A model generated the notes under the pieces. That model was given only the letters and a program-made list of their open reading frames with translations, made no database searches and was not told where the DNA came from. Below are positions 49,643-59,164 of a DNA stretch of 64,000 nt, one piece after another. The stretch's first letter is position 1. Each line of letters begins with the position of its first letter. Location: positions 960,001 to 1,024,000 of the forward strand of contig OZ257156.1 of NCBI GenBank assembly GCA_965279375.1. The letters run 5' to 3'. The translations under genes and the position numbers were made by a program. The DNA is from Gemmatimonas sp. GTDB lineage: Bacteria > Gemmatimonadota > Gemmatimonadetes > Gemmatimonadales > Gemmatimonadaceae.

Positions 49643-51469
49643 TCAATACGGTGCGAACGCGCCTCGCGCATCGGTGCGCATCACGGTTGTCGCGATCAGT
49701 CGAGTGGACATGCGGGATGTTGCATCGTCGGCCGTTGCGCGGTTCTCGAACAGCACCCGCACCGAGTAGATCGCGGAGCGCGTCAACTTCGCGCCTAGCA
49801 GCTCCATCGGCAGCGCCAGCGTGCGCCCGTCGGCGGAGCTTGCCCAGTCGGTGATCAGGAAGCTGGACACGATGGCGGAATCGCCGCGCGTGACGCGCAT
49901 GGCGAGTGTTGTCGTCTGCCGCAGTTCCACCCGCAAGCGCGGCTGACCCGCACGTCGGCGCTGGTCAGCGTCCGACATGGCAAGCACCACCACCGCCGCG
50001 CTGTCGGGGGCAACTTCCAACTGACTCGGCAACGCGCTGCCATGAAAGCCGCTCCATCGATCGGCGCGCAGCAGGCCGGCCGTCGTCACTTTAACCTCGG
50101 ACCGCATCGTTGAAGGATTCAGCAGGTCGTTGAATCCGCCAAACTGCTCGCGTACCGTGGCCGTGAGATCGTCGTGCGTATCCACAAAATTGCTCATGAC
50201 CACGCCGAGTGAGTTGGTGGCACTGAGCGCGCCATGCGTACCGCCCAGCGGACGCATCTTGTTGGCCACCGACACGGCACCGAGCCCCACACGAACCTTG
50301 TCGTCGAGCGACACGAGAATCGGCGCCGGATTCAGCGTGACGGTCGTGTGGCCGCGCACGATACGCGGTGGCGCCGCTGGGAAGTGCTCCATCGCGGTGT
50401 ACTCGACCCAATCGCGCGCGCTGGCGTAGCCGTCGCTGTCGAGACGACCCTCCTGTCGCATGCGCGCGAGCACGGTCGCGTAGCGCAACGGATCGCCACT
50501 GCGCGGCTGATATCGATAGCGCGTGGTTGCACCTGCACCCTTCCATTCGATCTCCGCGCTGAGCGTGTCCGCACGGACGACAATGCGGTCTGCGCCATCG
50601 CGATACGTCACGACCGCCACGCCATCAAGACCGGCAAGCACCGACGCCACGCGCGCCACGGAGTCGCTCACGCAGAAGACGCCGAAGCCCGTGGTCACTC
50701 CGTCCACGCTGAACGCAATGTCCGTCGGCGAGCTGATGGAGCGACTCGTACGAAAGCCCGCCTTCTCCAATGCGGCGGCCACCGGCAGGAACTCTGCCGT
50801 CACTGCCCGGTTGTGACCGTGATCTGACAGAATCACGATCTCGAGCGGTTGACCGGTGCGATTGAGATAGCTGTTCTGCATTTCGGTGAGCCGACGATCC
50901 AGATGCGCGAGATACCGATCGAGGTCGCCGCGCGTATGTTGCATGGCGTCAGGGCCGACGTTGTACGCGTACACGGTCGGGCGCCCACCACGTCGGAAGA
51001 ACTCGCGTGCATCGGTATCCACCTCACCGCGCGCCACGCGGTTGGAGATGAGATACGCGCCGAGATGGTGCAACTTCGTATCGAAGGCGAGATCCATGCG
51101 ATGCTCATACTCGATCGGCTTGATTGCGTCGAGCGCATCGCCCACCATCATGTTCAATCGCGTGCTGTAGTACACGCGCTGATAGCCGAGTGGCGGCTGC
51201 ACACCCATGATCTCATGCCACGCCACATCGCTGATTGACGGGAACGTCGAGATCAACCGGCTTGGCGCACGGAATTCGGCGAACAGGCCGCGCTGCTTGG
51301 CGGCTTCGATATCGCGATAGTCGATGCCATCGAGCGCGAGCACGAGGCGTCGCGCGAGCGGACGTTCAGCCGAAGGACCCGGAGGCGCGTTACGACGGAA
51401 TGGCGCACAGGAGGACAACAGCGTCAACGCGCACAGCGTGGCGCTGACGTATGAAGCAAATGCTCGCAT
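49643..51469 (-). CDS. alkaline phosphatase superfamily (phosphodiesterase-like) lipoprotein
   Basis: LSSC lipobox, LALDG, TFPSIS, PDAMQH, LSDHGH, GTHG. Confidence 0.8.
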   Translation of the reverse strand: MRAFASYVSATLCALTLLSSCAPFRRNAPPGPSAERPLARRLVLALDGIDYRDIEAAKQRGLFAEFRAPSRLISTFPSISDVAWHEIMGVQPPLGYQRVYYSTRLNMMVGDALDAIKPIEYEHRMDLAFDTKLHHLGAYLISNRVARGEVDTDAREFFRRGGRPTVYAYNVGPDAMQHTRGDLDRYLAHLDRRLTEMQNSYLNRTGQPLEIVILSDHGHNRAVTAEFLPVAAALEKAGFRTSRSISSPTDIAFSVDGVTTGFGVFCVSDSVARVASVLAGLDGVAVVTYRDGADRIVVRADTLSAEIEWKGAGATTRYRYQPRSGDPLRYATVLARMRQEGRLDSDGYASARDWVEYTAMEHFPAAPPRIVRGHTTVTLNPAPILVSLDDKVRVGLGAVSVANKMRPLGGTHGALSATNSLGVVMSNFVDTHDDLTATVREQFGGFNDLLNPSTMRSEVKVTTAGLLRADRWSGFHGSALPSQLEVAPDSAAVVVLAMSDADQRRRAGQPRLRVELRQTTTLAMRVTRGDSAIVSSFLITDWASSADGRTLALPMELLGAKLTRSAIYSVRVLFENRATADDATSRMSTRLIATTVMRTDARGAFAPY

Positions 51470-51479
51470 GTCTCACATC

Positions 51480-52946
51480 TTAGTGGGATTGGCCCTTCAC
51501 GTCCCCGAGCAGCACTGTGCTCATGAGTCCGCCGTCGGCGTGATCGAGGATGTGGCAGTGGTACATCCATTCGCCCGCCCGATCGTCGAAGCGCACGAGA
51601 AGACGTCGCGTCTGCTTGTACGGGATATCGTACGTGTCCTTCCACGCAATCGGATGAATCGGATTGCCCTGCTCGTCCGCCGCCTGAAAGAAGAAGCCAT
51701 GCAGGTGGAGCGGATGTGACCACGGTGTCGCATTGCTTACGGTCCACAGCTGCGTCTCGCCGGGCTTGGCGCGAATCCGTTCCGCCTTGTGGCCGGGCAC
51801 TCCGTCAAACCCGTACTCGAAGAGGCCGTCGTTGCGTTGGGCGAGGGTGAGCTTGACCTCCACCGGCGTCGCGCCACTTCGCGAAAGCGGCTCCATGGGT
51901 CTGCGCACCGCGGGACGAGCCGCGCCCGCGTACGCCGGCTGCGCGGCCATGGTGAGCGTGAGCAGGCTCGAGTCGTCCCGATACTCCGTGCTGCCGTAGC
52001 CGCGGTCGTAGAGCAGCGAGCGCAGCGTGATGGAGGTGCCGGGCTTGGCGTGCGGCGTGACCAGTACGTCGGCACGTTCACCGGGCGCCAGCACGAGACG
52101 GCGGACCGTGGTGGCGTACTCCTGGAGGCCGCCGTCACCGCCGATGATCGTGAACTGCTCGTTGGGCAGATCCAGCTGGAAGTAGCGGCTCTTGGCCGTG
52201 TTGACTATTCGCCACCGTTGCGGCGCACCGGCGCGCACGGTCAGCGTGGCTCCTTCTCGGCCGTTCACGAGCACGTTCGTCCCTTCGCGACCGAAGGCCA
52301 TTCCTGCAGAGCCACCGCTGTTGGGATCTTCGAGCATGCCGCGCTTGTCGAGCGCGATGTCGTTGAGCACCAGTACCAGTTCGTCGGCGACACCCACGGA
52401 ACGCGCTTCTGCCGGATCCTCCACGAGCAGCGCACCGGAGAGCCCGAATCCAACCTGCGCTGCCGACATCACATGCGGGTGATACCAGAAGAGCCCCGCG
52501 TCCGGCACAACGAAGTCGTAGGTGAAGACGCCGCCCGGCTCCACCGGCGGCTGACTGATGCCGGGCACGCCGTCCATCGCGATCGGCACGCGTACACCGT
52601 GCCAGTGCACCGTCGTGGACTGTGGCAGATGGTTGGAGAAGTGCACGATGACGCGGTCGCCAACCTGCGCGCGAATGAGTGGCCCCGGCATCGTGCCGTT
52701 GTACGTCCACATCGCCACCGCATGACCGCCAACCATCTGCGTGGCCACGCGCGCATCGAGCGTCCCTTCCACGATATGCGGATCGGGGTTCACGTCGACG
52801 AACGGCGCGAGGGCCAGCGCATCGCTCCATCCCGCGGGTTGCAGCGATTGCTGCGGACGCGCGTGATTGGGGAGACCGGGCCGCGCAACCAACAGCGTCA
52901 GCGCCGCAGCGCCGGCCCATACTCGCAGGTGGGACGAAGAATGCAC
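51480..52946 (-). CDS. three-domain multicopper oxidase
   Basis: HWHG, WYHPH, HPLHLHG, HCHILDH. Confidence 0.95.
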   Translation of the reverse strand: MHSSSHLRVWAGAAALTLLVARPGLPNHARPQQSLQPAGWSDALALAPFVDVNPDPHIVEGTLDARVATQMVGGHAVAMWTYNGTMPGPLIRAQVGDRVIVHFSNHLPQSTTVHWHGVRVPIAMDGVPGISQPPVEPGGVFTYDFVVPDAGLFWYHPHVMSAAQVGFGLSGALLVEDPAEARSVGVADELVLVLNDIALDKRGMLEDPNSGGSAGMAFGREGTNVLVNGREGATLTVRAGAPQRWRIVNTAKSRYFQLDLPNEQFTIIGGDGGLQEYATTVRRLVLAPGERADVLVTPHAKPGTSITLRSLLYDRGYGSTEYRDDSSLLTLTMAAQPAYAGAARPAVRRPMEPLSRSGATPVEVKLTLAQRNDGLFEYGFDGVPGHKAERIRAKPGETQLWTVSNATPWSHPLHLHGFFFQAADEQGNPIHPIAWKDTYDIPYKQTRRLLVRFDDRAGEWMYHCHILDHADGGLMSTVLLGDVKGQSH

Positions 52947-52995
52947 GAGTCGTGTCGCGTGAGGAGATGCAGCAAGCTAGCGCCTGCAACGACAA

Positions 52996-53027
52996 CGGCG
53001 CGCATCGCGTGAAGCCGATGCGCGCCG
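52996..53027 (-). terminator. putative terminator / stem-loop
   Basis: Perfect 12-bp stem cggcgcgcatcg/cgatgcgcgccg, 8-nt loop, downstream of the VPS10 gene; weak U tract. Confidence 0.5.
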
Positions 53028-53080
53028 AGTCGTGTACGGGACGTGTGCGCTATGCGCGCGATGTCGTACCTGCGGATGCG

Positions 53081-56000
53081 TTACTTCGAACCGCTTTCCT
53101 CAGGCACGAAGGTCGCTGCCGGGCGCTCCGGCGGCCCAGCCGGCTCGATCTTGGAGCGCGAGATCTCAGGCTGACCGGCCGCCTTGAGTGCCGCGTTGAT
53201 CTTCGGGAGATCGCGCGCGATGATGCGCTCGAGCTTCGTGATCTCGCCCGTGAGCTTGGGTGAGAGCACGTTGAACACATCGTACGCCTGCTTGGGCGGA
53301 CGGCGCTCACCGCTGGCGACGAAGCTGAGCAGACCACCCAGCTGATCGTTCAGACGAATCGGGAAGTTGAGCGGATCCTGTCCGCTCTGATTCTTCGTCT
53401 GGTAGAGCGAGTCTTCGACCACCTTGAGGCTGTCGGCAAACCGCTTCGCGAGCGGCCCGAACGACGCGACTGCCGTCATCTTGCCTTCACGATCAGTGAG
53501 ATCGCGCTTGAGATTGCGAATCTCGATGACGCCTTGGTTGGCCGTCGTGATGCGATCGCGCACCTGGAGCGCCATGCGCGTCTGCTCCACGAGATCGGCC
53601 TCCGTGGCCGGCGACCGCGGGTCGGGCTTGACGACGAAGTCGTACATCACCGGCGGATTCGCGCCCGCCGTCATCTTCACGCGATACGTACCCGGCGCCA
53701 TCGCCGGGCCGCCGCCGTTTCCTGCCCACGTGATCATGCCGCGGAACGTCTTGGCATTCTCGTGGCGCATGTTCCAGGTGTAGCGATTGATTCCTTTGCG
53801 ATTGCCCGGCTTGGCCGCAGGGGGCGGACCAAAGCGACCGCCTCCGGGTCCACCGGCCGCCGCCGTCGGCGTGCTATCCGTCGACGCAACCGTCGCCAGC
53901 AAGGCACCCGCCTTGTCATAGAACTGGAACGTCACCGGCATCGAGTCCGCCGGCAGGCGATACACGAACGTCGGCGATGCCTGGCCGTTGAGTCGCAACA
54001 CCGGCACCGGCTTGTACAGATACGCAGCCGACGCGGCCTTGGCCTGCTCCGGCGCCCAACGCAACGGCGTCAGATTCTCCATCACCCAGAACGCGCGGCC
54101 GTGCGTGGAAATCGCGAGGTCATCGTCGCGCAGCATCATGTCGCTGACCGGAACCGGCGGGAGATTCTTCTGCAGGCTCTCCCAGCTGCCGCCGTTGTCA
54201 TACGACAGCCATACGCCACGCTCCGTGGCCGCGTACACCATCCCCGGGCGGTGCAGGTCTTCACGAATGGCACGCGTGAACTGATCGGCAGGAATGCCGC
54301 TCGTGATCTTGGTCCACGTCGCACCGTAGTCAGTGGTGCGATAGAGATACGGCGTGAAGTCATCCATCTGATAGCGATTGCCGGCCACCCACGCCGTGCC
54401 CGGCGCATGCGGCGACGCTTCGATGACGCTCCAGCGCATCCACTCCGGCAGCCCCTTGGGCGTCACGTTCTTCCACGTCACACCGTTGTCGCGCGACACG
54501 TGCAGCAACCCGTCATCACTGCCGGTCCAGATCAACCCCTTCGTCAGCTTCGACTCGGCGATCGTGAACACCGTGCCGTAGTACTCGACCGACGTCTGGT
54601 CCTTGGTGATCGGTCCGCCTGATGCGCCAAGCGTGCGCGGATCGTTGCGCGTGAGATCGCGGGAAATCGGCGTCCACGTCGTGCCACCGTTGGTGCTGCG
54701 GAAGACGACGTTGGAGCCGACGTAGATCGTGTTGGCATCGTGCGGGGAGTGCACGATCGGATACGTCCACTGGAAGCGATAGAACGAATCCTTCGCGTCG
54801 TGTCCCATCGGGTTGAGCGGCCACGGATCGAGCGACAGCGACTTGCCCGTGCGACGGTTCAGCACATCGAGGCTGCCACCGTAGTTGGCGCCGTACATGA
54901 TGTCCGGATCGTTCGGGTTGCTGCTGATGTAGCCGGATTCGCCGCCTGCCACGCCGTAGAAGTTGGCGAACGGCGACGCCGGCGCAGCGGGCGCCGGCCC
55001 GCCGAATCCACCGCCACCACCGCGCCCAAACTGCGCGACTTCACGCACCGGTCCGCAGCTCGAGCCCGCGTCCTGCTTGGCGCCACAGACGTGGTACGGG
55101 AAATGGTTGGTGAGATGGACGTGGTAGTACTGCCCTGTCGGCGTGGCCACGCGCGTTGAGGTCGTGCCACCATCGGTCGTGATGATCACGCCGTTGTCGT
55201 GCGCCACCGCAATGCGCTTGGGATTGGTAGGGTCGATCCACATGTCGTGGTTGTCGCCGCCGCCAAAGCCGCGCCCGAACGTCTTGCCGCCATCCTTGGA
55301 GACCATCGGTCCAACCTGGGGGGCGTAGACGATGCTCGTGTCCTTCGGATCGGCGTAGAGCTTGGAGTAGTACCACGCGCGCTGTCGCAGATTGCGATCG
55401 CCGCTGGTGAACGTCCACGTCGCGCCTGCGTCATCGCTGCGATACACGCCGCCATTGGGCTCGTGCTCCACCAGCGCCCACAACCGGCTCGGCTTGGCCG
55501 GCGACACGGTGATGCCGATCGCGCCCAACGGTCCGCTCTGCGGCAGGCCAGGATTGCGCGAAATCTCGGTCCACGTGTCACCACCGTCGGTGGTCTTGAA
55601 GATGCCGCTCCCCATGCCGCCACTGACCAGCATCCACGGGGTGCGTCCCGCCTGCCAGAAGGTGACGTAGATGATCTTGGGATTGCTCGGGTCCATGATC
55701 ATGTCCGCGACGCCCGTGGAGTCGTTGCGGAACAGGATGTTCTTCCACGTCTTGCCGCCGTCGGTGGTGCGATAGACGCCGCGCTCCTTGTTGGGCCCGA
55801 ACACATGACCCAGCGCGCCCACGTACACGACATCCGGGTTGTCCGGATTGATGCGCACGCGCGAGATGTACTGCGTCTCCTTGAGTCCCATGTACTGCCA
55901 CGTCTTGCCGGCATCGGTGGACTTCCACACGCCATCGCCGTGCGAGACGTTGCCTCGAATCGGCGTTTCACCACCGCCCGCCCACACGACATCCGGGTTG

Positions 56001-56320
56001 GACTGCTGCACCGCGACCGCACCGATGGTGCCGCCGAAGTACGCATCAGTCACGGGTAACGTCGTCTTGCCACCATCGGTGGTCTTCCAGACACCGCCAC
56101 CCGTGGTACCCATGTAGTACTCGTCGGGGCGCGCCGTCGAACCAGCGACGGCGACCATGCGTCCCGCCTGATTGGGGCCGATGTTGCGCCACGACACACC
56201 GAACGACGTGTCGGCCGATGCGCGACCAGCGCCACCGCCGCCACGCTGCGCGGAGAGGAGCGTCGGCAGTCCGGCCATGGCAGCCAGCGCGACGCGCGTT
56301 GCGAAAGAAAAGCGATACAC
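53081..56320 (-). CDS. VPS10/BNR (Asp-box) repeat glycosyl-hydrolase-like protein
   Basis: Many (S/T)xDGGxTW Asp-boxes, WRNIGP..GR, C-terminal helical region; GTG start inferred. Confidence 0.88.
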   Translation of the reverse strand: MYRFSFATRVALAAMAGLPTLLSAQRGGGGAGRASADTSFGVSWRNIGPNQAGRMVAVAGSTARPDEYYMGTTGGGVWKTTDGGKTTLPVTDAYFGGTIGAVAVQQSNPDVVWAGGGETPIRGNVSHGDGVWKSTDAGKTWQYMGLKETQYISRVRINPDNPDVVYVGALGHVFGPNKERGVYRTTDGGKTWKNILFRNDSTGVADMIMDPSNPKIIYVTFWQAGRTPWMLVSGGMGSGIFKTTDGGDTWTEISRNPGLPQSGPLGAIGITVSPAKPSRLWALVEHEPNGGVYRSDDAGATWTFTSGDRNLRQRAWYYSKLYADPKDTSIVYAPQVGPMVSKDGGKTFGRGFGGGDNHDMWIDPTNPKRIAVAHDNGVIITTDGGTTSTRVATPTGQYYHVHLTNHFPYHVCGAKQDAGSSCGPVREVAQFGRGGGGGFGGPAPAAPASPFANFYGVAGGESGYISSNPNDPDIMYGANYGGSLDVLNRRTGKSLSLDPWPLNPMGHDAKDSFYRFQWTYPIVHSPHDANTIYVGSNVVFRSTNGGTTWTPISRDLTRNDPRTLGASGGPITKDQTSVEYYGTVFTIAESKLTKGLIWTGSDDGLLHVSRDNGVTWKNVTPKGLPEWMRWSVIEASPHAPGTAWVAGNRYQMDDFTPYLYRTTDYGATWTKITSGIPADQFTRAIREDLHRPGMVYAATERGVWLSYDNGGSWESLQKNLPPVPVSDMMLRDDDLAISTHGRAFWVMENLTPLRWAPEQAKAASAAYLYKPVPVLRLNGQASPTFVYRLPADSMPVTFQFYDKAGALLATVASTDSTPTAAAGGPGGGRFGPPPAAKPGNRKGINRYTWNMRHENAKTFRGMITWAGNGGGPAMAPGTYRVKMTAGANPPVMYDFVVKPDPRSPATEADLVEQTRMALQVRDRITTANQGVIEIRNLKRDLTDREGKMTAVASFGPLAKRFADSLKVVEDSLYQTKNQSGQDPLNFPIRLNDQLGGLLSFVASGERRPPKQAYDVFNVLSPKLTGEITKLERIIARDLPKINAALKAAGQPEISRSKIEPAGPPERPAATFVPEESGSK

Positions 56321-56392
56321 GGAGAGACCCAGCGAAGAGAGAGAACAGAGCGACACCATTGCTCAATCTTACGCGCCGCTCCGCTCGATCGC

Positions 56393-56857
56393 TCAGGCGT
56401 ACGGCATGGGCGGCACGCGACCCAACAGCCGCGCGTACACTGCCAGCGAGCCCCGGTGATGCGCCGTGTGATCGGTGATCCCGTTGATCACCGCCGCGCG
56501 CGGCGCACCATCCATGATCGTGTCGTTGGGGATGGGCTCCTGCAGCGTCTCGGGCGTCGCCCACATCACGGTAGCCACGGCGTTGTCGAACGCACGGCCC
56601 AGCATCTCTCGCGCTTCCGACAACGACGTGACCGACTTGGCCCGCGCGACGTGGACGTCGTAGTTGTGATCCCACCCGGCGCCAAAACCACCCGCCATGA
56701 ACCAGTCGACGCTCTGCGCGGTGTGCACGACCTGCCCGGCCACTGTGTACATGTCAGGGTGCGGCGCAAAGGCGGAATCGCCCTCCTCGAAGATCGACAG
56801 CGTGGTCAGAAAGAACTTGCGGGCCGACTCGAGTTCGGAAACGAGCGCGTTGGACAT
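56393..56857 (-). CDS. DinB family protein
   Basis: Four-helix pattern with HTAHHRGSLAVYARLLG..PP. Confidence 0.88.
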   Translation of the reverse strand: MSNALVSELESARKFFLTTLSIFEEGDSAFAPHPDMYTVAGQVVHTAQSVDWFMAGGFGAGWDHNYDVHVARAKSVTSLSEAREMLGRAFDNAVATVMWATPETLQEPIPNDTIMDGAPRAAVINGITDHTAHHRGSLAVYARLLGRVPPMPYA

Positions 56858-57009
56858 TGGCGAACACTCCAGGCGTGAGGGCGAAAACTCCAAACCGCCG
56901 AGCTTGATTCGGCGTTTATTCGGGCATGGGTCTGAACAATCTCACGGCCGGTCCGCGCTGTCAAGACAGCCTCCCGCGGCTCACCCTGCGCACGCTCTAG
57001 TTTCCCCGC

Positions 57010-58308
57010 ATGGACAATGTCACTCACGCGCTCGCCGGCTCCCTGCTGGCGGCGAGCACGGTCGCGCTCATCGGCGGACGCAGTTCCGCGCCGAGCGCGC
57101 CCACCCCTACATCGCTCCGCACGGTCGCACTGACGATCGGCATCGTCACCGCCGAACTCCCCGACGCCGACCTGCTCTACGCCGGACCCCTCCTTGGCAT
57201 GGGGAAGCTCGGCTATCTGCTTCATCATCGCGGACACACGCACACCGTGCTCTTCGCGCTCGGGAGCGCTCTGCTGGTGTGGGGGCTATTGCTGGTAGTC
57301 CGGCGAGAATGGCGAGGCGCGCCTGCCCGATGGGCGATGCTCGGTCTCGCGATCGCAGGCACGCTGTCGCACCTGTTGCTCGACTTCTCCAACAGCTACG
57401 GCGTGCATCCCTTCTGGCCACTCGACAATCGCTGGTACTACGGCGACGCGGTGTTCATCATCGAGCCGTGGCTGTTCGTCATCGCCGTGCCTCCGCTCTT
57501 GCTCCTCGCGCGCGGCACCTTCGCACGCGTGATGCTGGCTGGGCTGCTGCTCGCCATTCTCGGACTGGCGTGGTTCGCCAATCTGTTGCCGCACACCATT
57601 GCCCTCGCACTGACGCTGACCGCCGTGCTCTGGTTCGTCACGCTGCGCCGCGCGCCAAGCGCGCGCCTGGGCATCTTCGGGGTGATCGCGTGGCTCGGCT
57701 TCGAGGGCACGTCGTTCGCGGCATCGGCCGCTGCGCGCGGGCATGTGCGCGACGCCATCGGATCGACGTATCGCGACGTCGCGCTCACGCCGGCTCCGGC
57801 CAATCCGTTCTGTTTCACCGCATTGGTCGTGACGCTCGACCAGGACACGTATCGCGTCATTGACGCCGATGCGGCGGCATTCCCCGCAATTCGCACCGTC
57901 GGCCAATGTCGTGCGGATCGCCGAGAGTTGCGCGACGCACCACCTCGCACGAGCCAGGCATTCGTCGCAATACCAACGCCATCGTTCGTGGGACACGGAC
58001 TGTGGAGCGCCCCCATCGATTCGCTGCGCGTGCTCGCGTCGCGCAATTGCGAGGTTGCCGCTGCGTTGCGCTTCCTGCGCGTGCCCGAGTGGACCGTCGA
58101 TCCTGCCGGCACCATCGTCATCGCGGATGCGCGGTTCGGTGGACCGGGCGGCGGCTTTGCGAGCGTCGAGGTGCGATCCCCATCCCCTGCGTGTCCTCGC
58201 TACGTTCCCACTTGGGTACCGCCACGACTGGACCTGCTCGGCGATCAGGGAACGCGGGTCTCCAGCGCGATGCGTCAGACGACGGTGACTCAGGTGGACG
58301 CGCCATGA
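57010..58308 (+). CDS. membrane metal-dependent hydrolase (YdjM-like)
   Basis: MDNVTHALAG, PDAD, HHRGHTHT, SHLLLD, YGVHPFWP. Confidence 0.88.
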   Translation: MDNVTHALAGSLLAASTVALIGGRSSAPSAPTPTSLRTVALTIGIVTAELPDADLLYAGPLLGMGKLGYLLHHRGHTHTVLFALGSALLVWGLLLVVRREWRGAPARWAMLGLAIAGTLSHLLLDFSNSYGVHPFWPLDNRWYYGDAVFIIEPWLFVIAVPPLLLLARGTFARVMLAGLLLAILGLAWFANLLPHTIALALTLTAVLWFVTLRRAPSARLGIFGVIAWLGFEGTSFAASAAARGHVRDAIGSTYRDVALTPAPANPFCFTALVVTLDQDTYRVIDADAAAFPAIRTVGQCRADRRELRDAPPRTSQAFVAIPTPSFVGHGLWSAPIDSLRVLASRNCEVAAALRFLRVPEWTVDPAGTIVIADARFGGPGGGFASVEVRSPSPACPRYVPTWVPPRLDLLGDQGTRVSSAMRQTTVTQVDAP

Positions 58309-58354
58309 TCTCCGGAGACCCCATGATCGTTCATGCGCCTAACCGGCCGTCTCG

Positions 58355-58828
58355 ATGAAACTCTGGCTCGATGCCGACTCCGCACCGCGCGACGTGAAGG
58401 AGATCTGCTACAAAGCCTCCGATCGTCTGAAGCTCGAGACGGTGCTGGTGGCGAATTCTCGACTGCAGCTGCCAGCAGGCTACACGTATCTGTCAGCCGT
58501 GCGCGTGGACGGCGGCCCCGATGTCGCCGACGGCTACATCGTCGAGCATGCAGAAGCGGGGGACGTGACCGTCACGCATGACATCCCGCTCGCTGCGCTG
58601 TTGGTACCCAAGGGCGTCACGGTCATCGATCCGCGTGGCGAAGAGTACACGGCGGAGCAGATCGGCGAACGACTCTCGGTGCGCAATTTCATGGAGGGAT
58701 TGCGCAGCAGCGGCGTCGAGACCGGCGGCCACGCCACCTACAGCGCGCGCGACAAGCAAGCGTTTGCCAACGCCCTCGACCGCATCCTCACCCGCGCGAT
58801 GGCGCGCGCCGCGAAAGCCATTACATGA
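58355..58828 (+). CDS. YaiI/YqxD family protein
   Basis: [35 protein letters not shown]. Confidence 0.92.
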   Translation: MKLWLDADSAPRDVKEICYKASDRLKLETVLVANSRLQLPAGYTYLSAVRVDGGPDVADGYIVEHAEAGDVTVTHDIPLAALLVPKGVTVIDPRGEEYTAEQIGERLSVRNFMEGLRSSGVETGGHATYSARDKQAFANALDRILTRAMARAAKAIT

Positions 58829-59127
58829 CCGACCAACACACGCCTGCCGGCGCGCCAGTCGACGGCGAACCCGCCACGCCGCCTGCGCGTCCGACCAATG
58901 CGAAGGTCGATCCACTCCACGGCGTTACGCTCAAGGCGATGATCGAGCATCTCGTGGAGCGCTACACCTGGCCAGGGCTCGGCGAACGCATCGAGATCCG
59001 CTGTTTCACCCACGATCCCAGCGTGAACTCCTCGCTCAAGTTTCTGCGTAAAACGCCGTGGGCGCGGGCCAAGGTGGAGTCGCTGTACCTGCACTCCGCG
59101 GCGCATCCGCGAAAGACGAAGGGCTGA
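58825..59127 (+). CDS. VF530 / DUF2132 family protein
   Basis: DPLHGVTL...[24 protein letters not shown]. Confidence 0.92.
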   Translation: MTDQHTPAGAPVDGEPATPPARPTNAKVDPLHGVTLKAMIEHLVERYTWPGLGERIEIRCFTHDPSVNSSLKFLRKTPWARAKVESLYLHSAAHPRKTKG

Positions 59128-59164
59128 GCTGCATCCAAGGCGCGCGGCAACGCGAATTCCTGAC

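Noticed and set aside
53081..56320. Recurrent DGGxTW-coding DNA repeats
   Set aside because: Protein-level Asp-box repeats, not a CRISPR array or DNA repeat element
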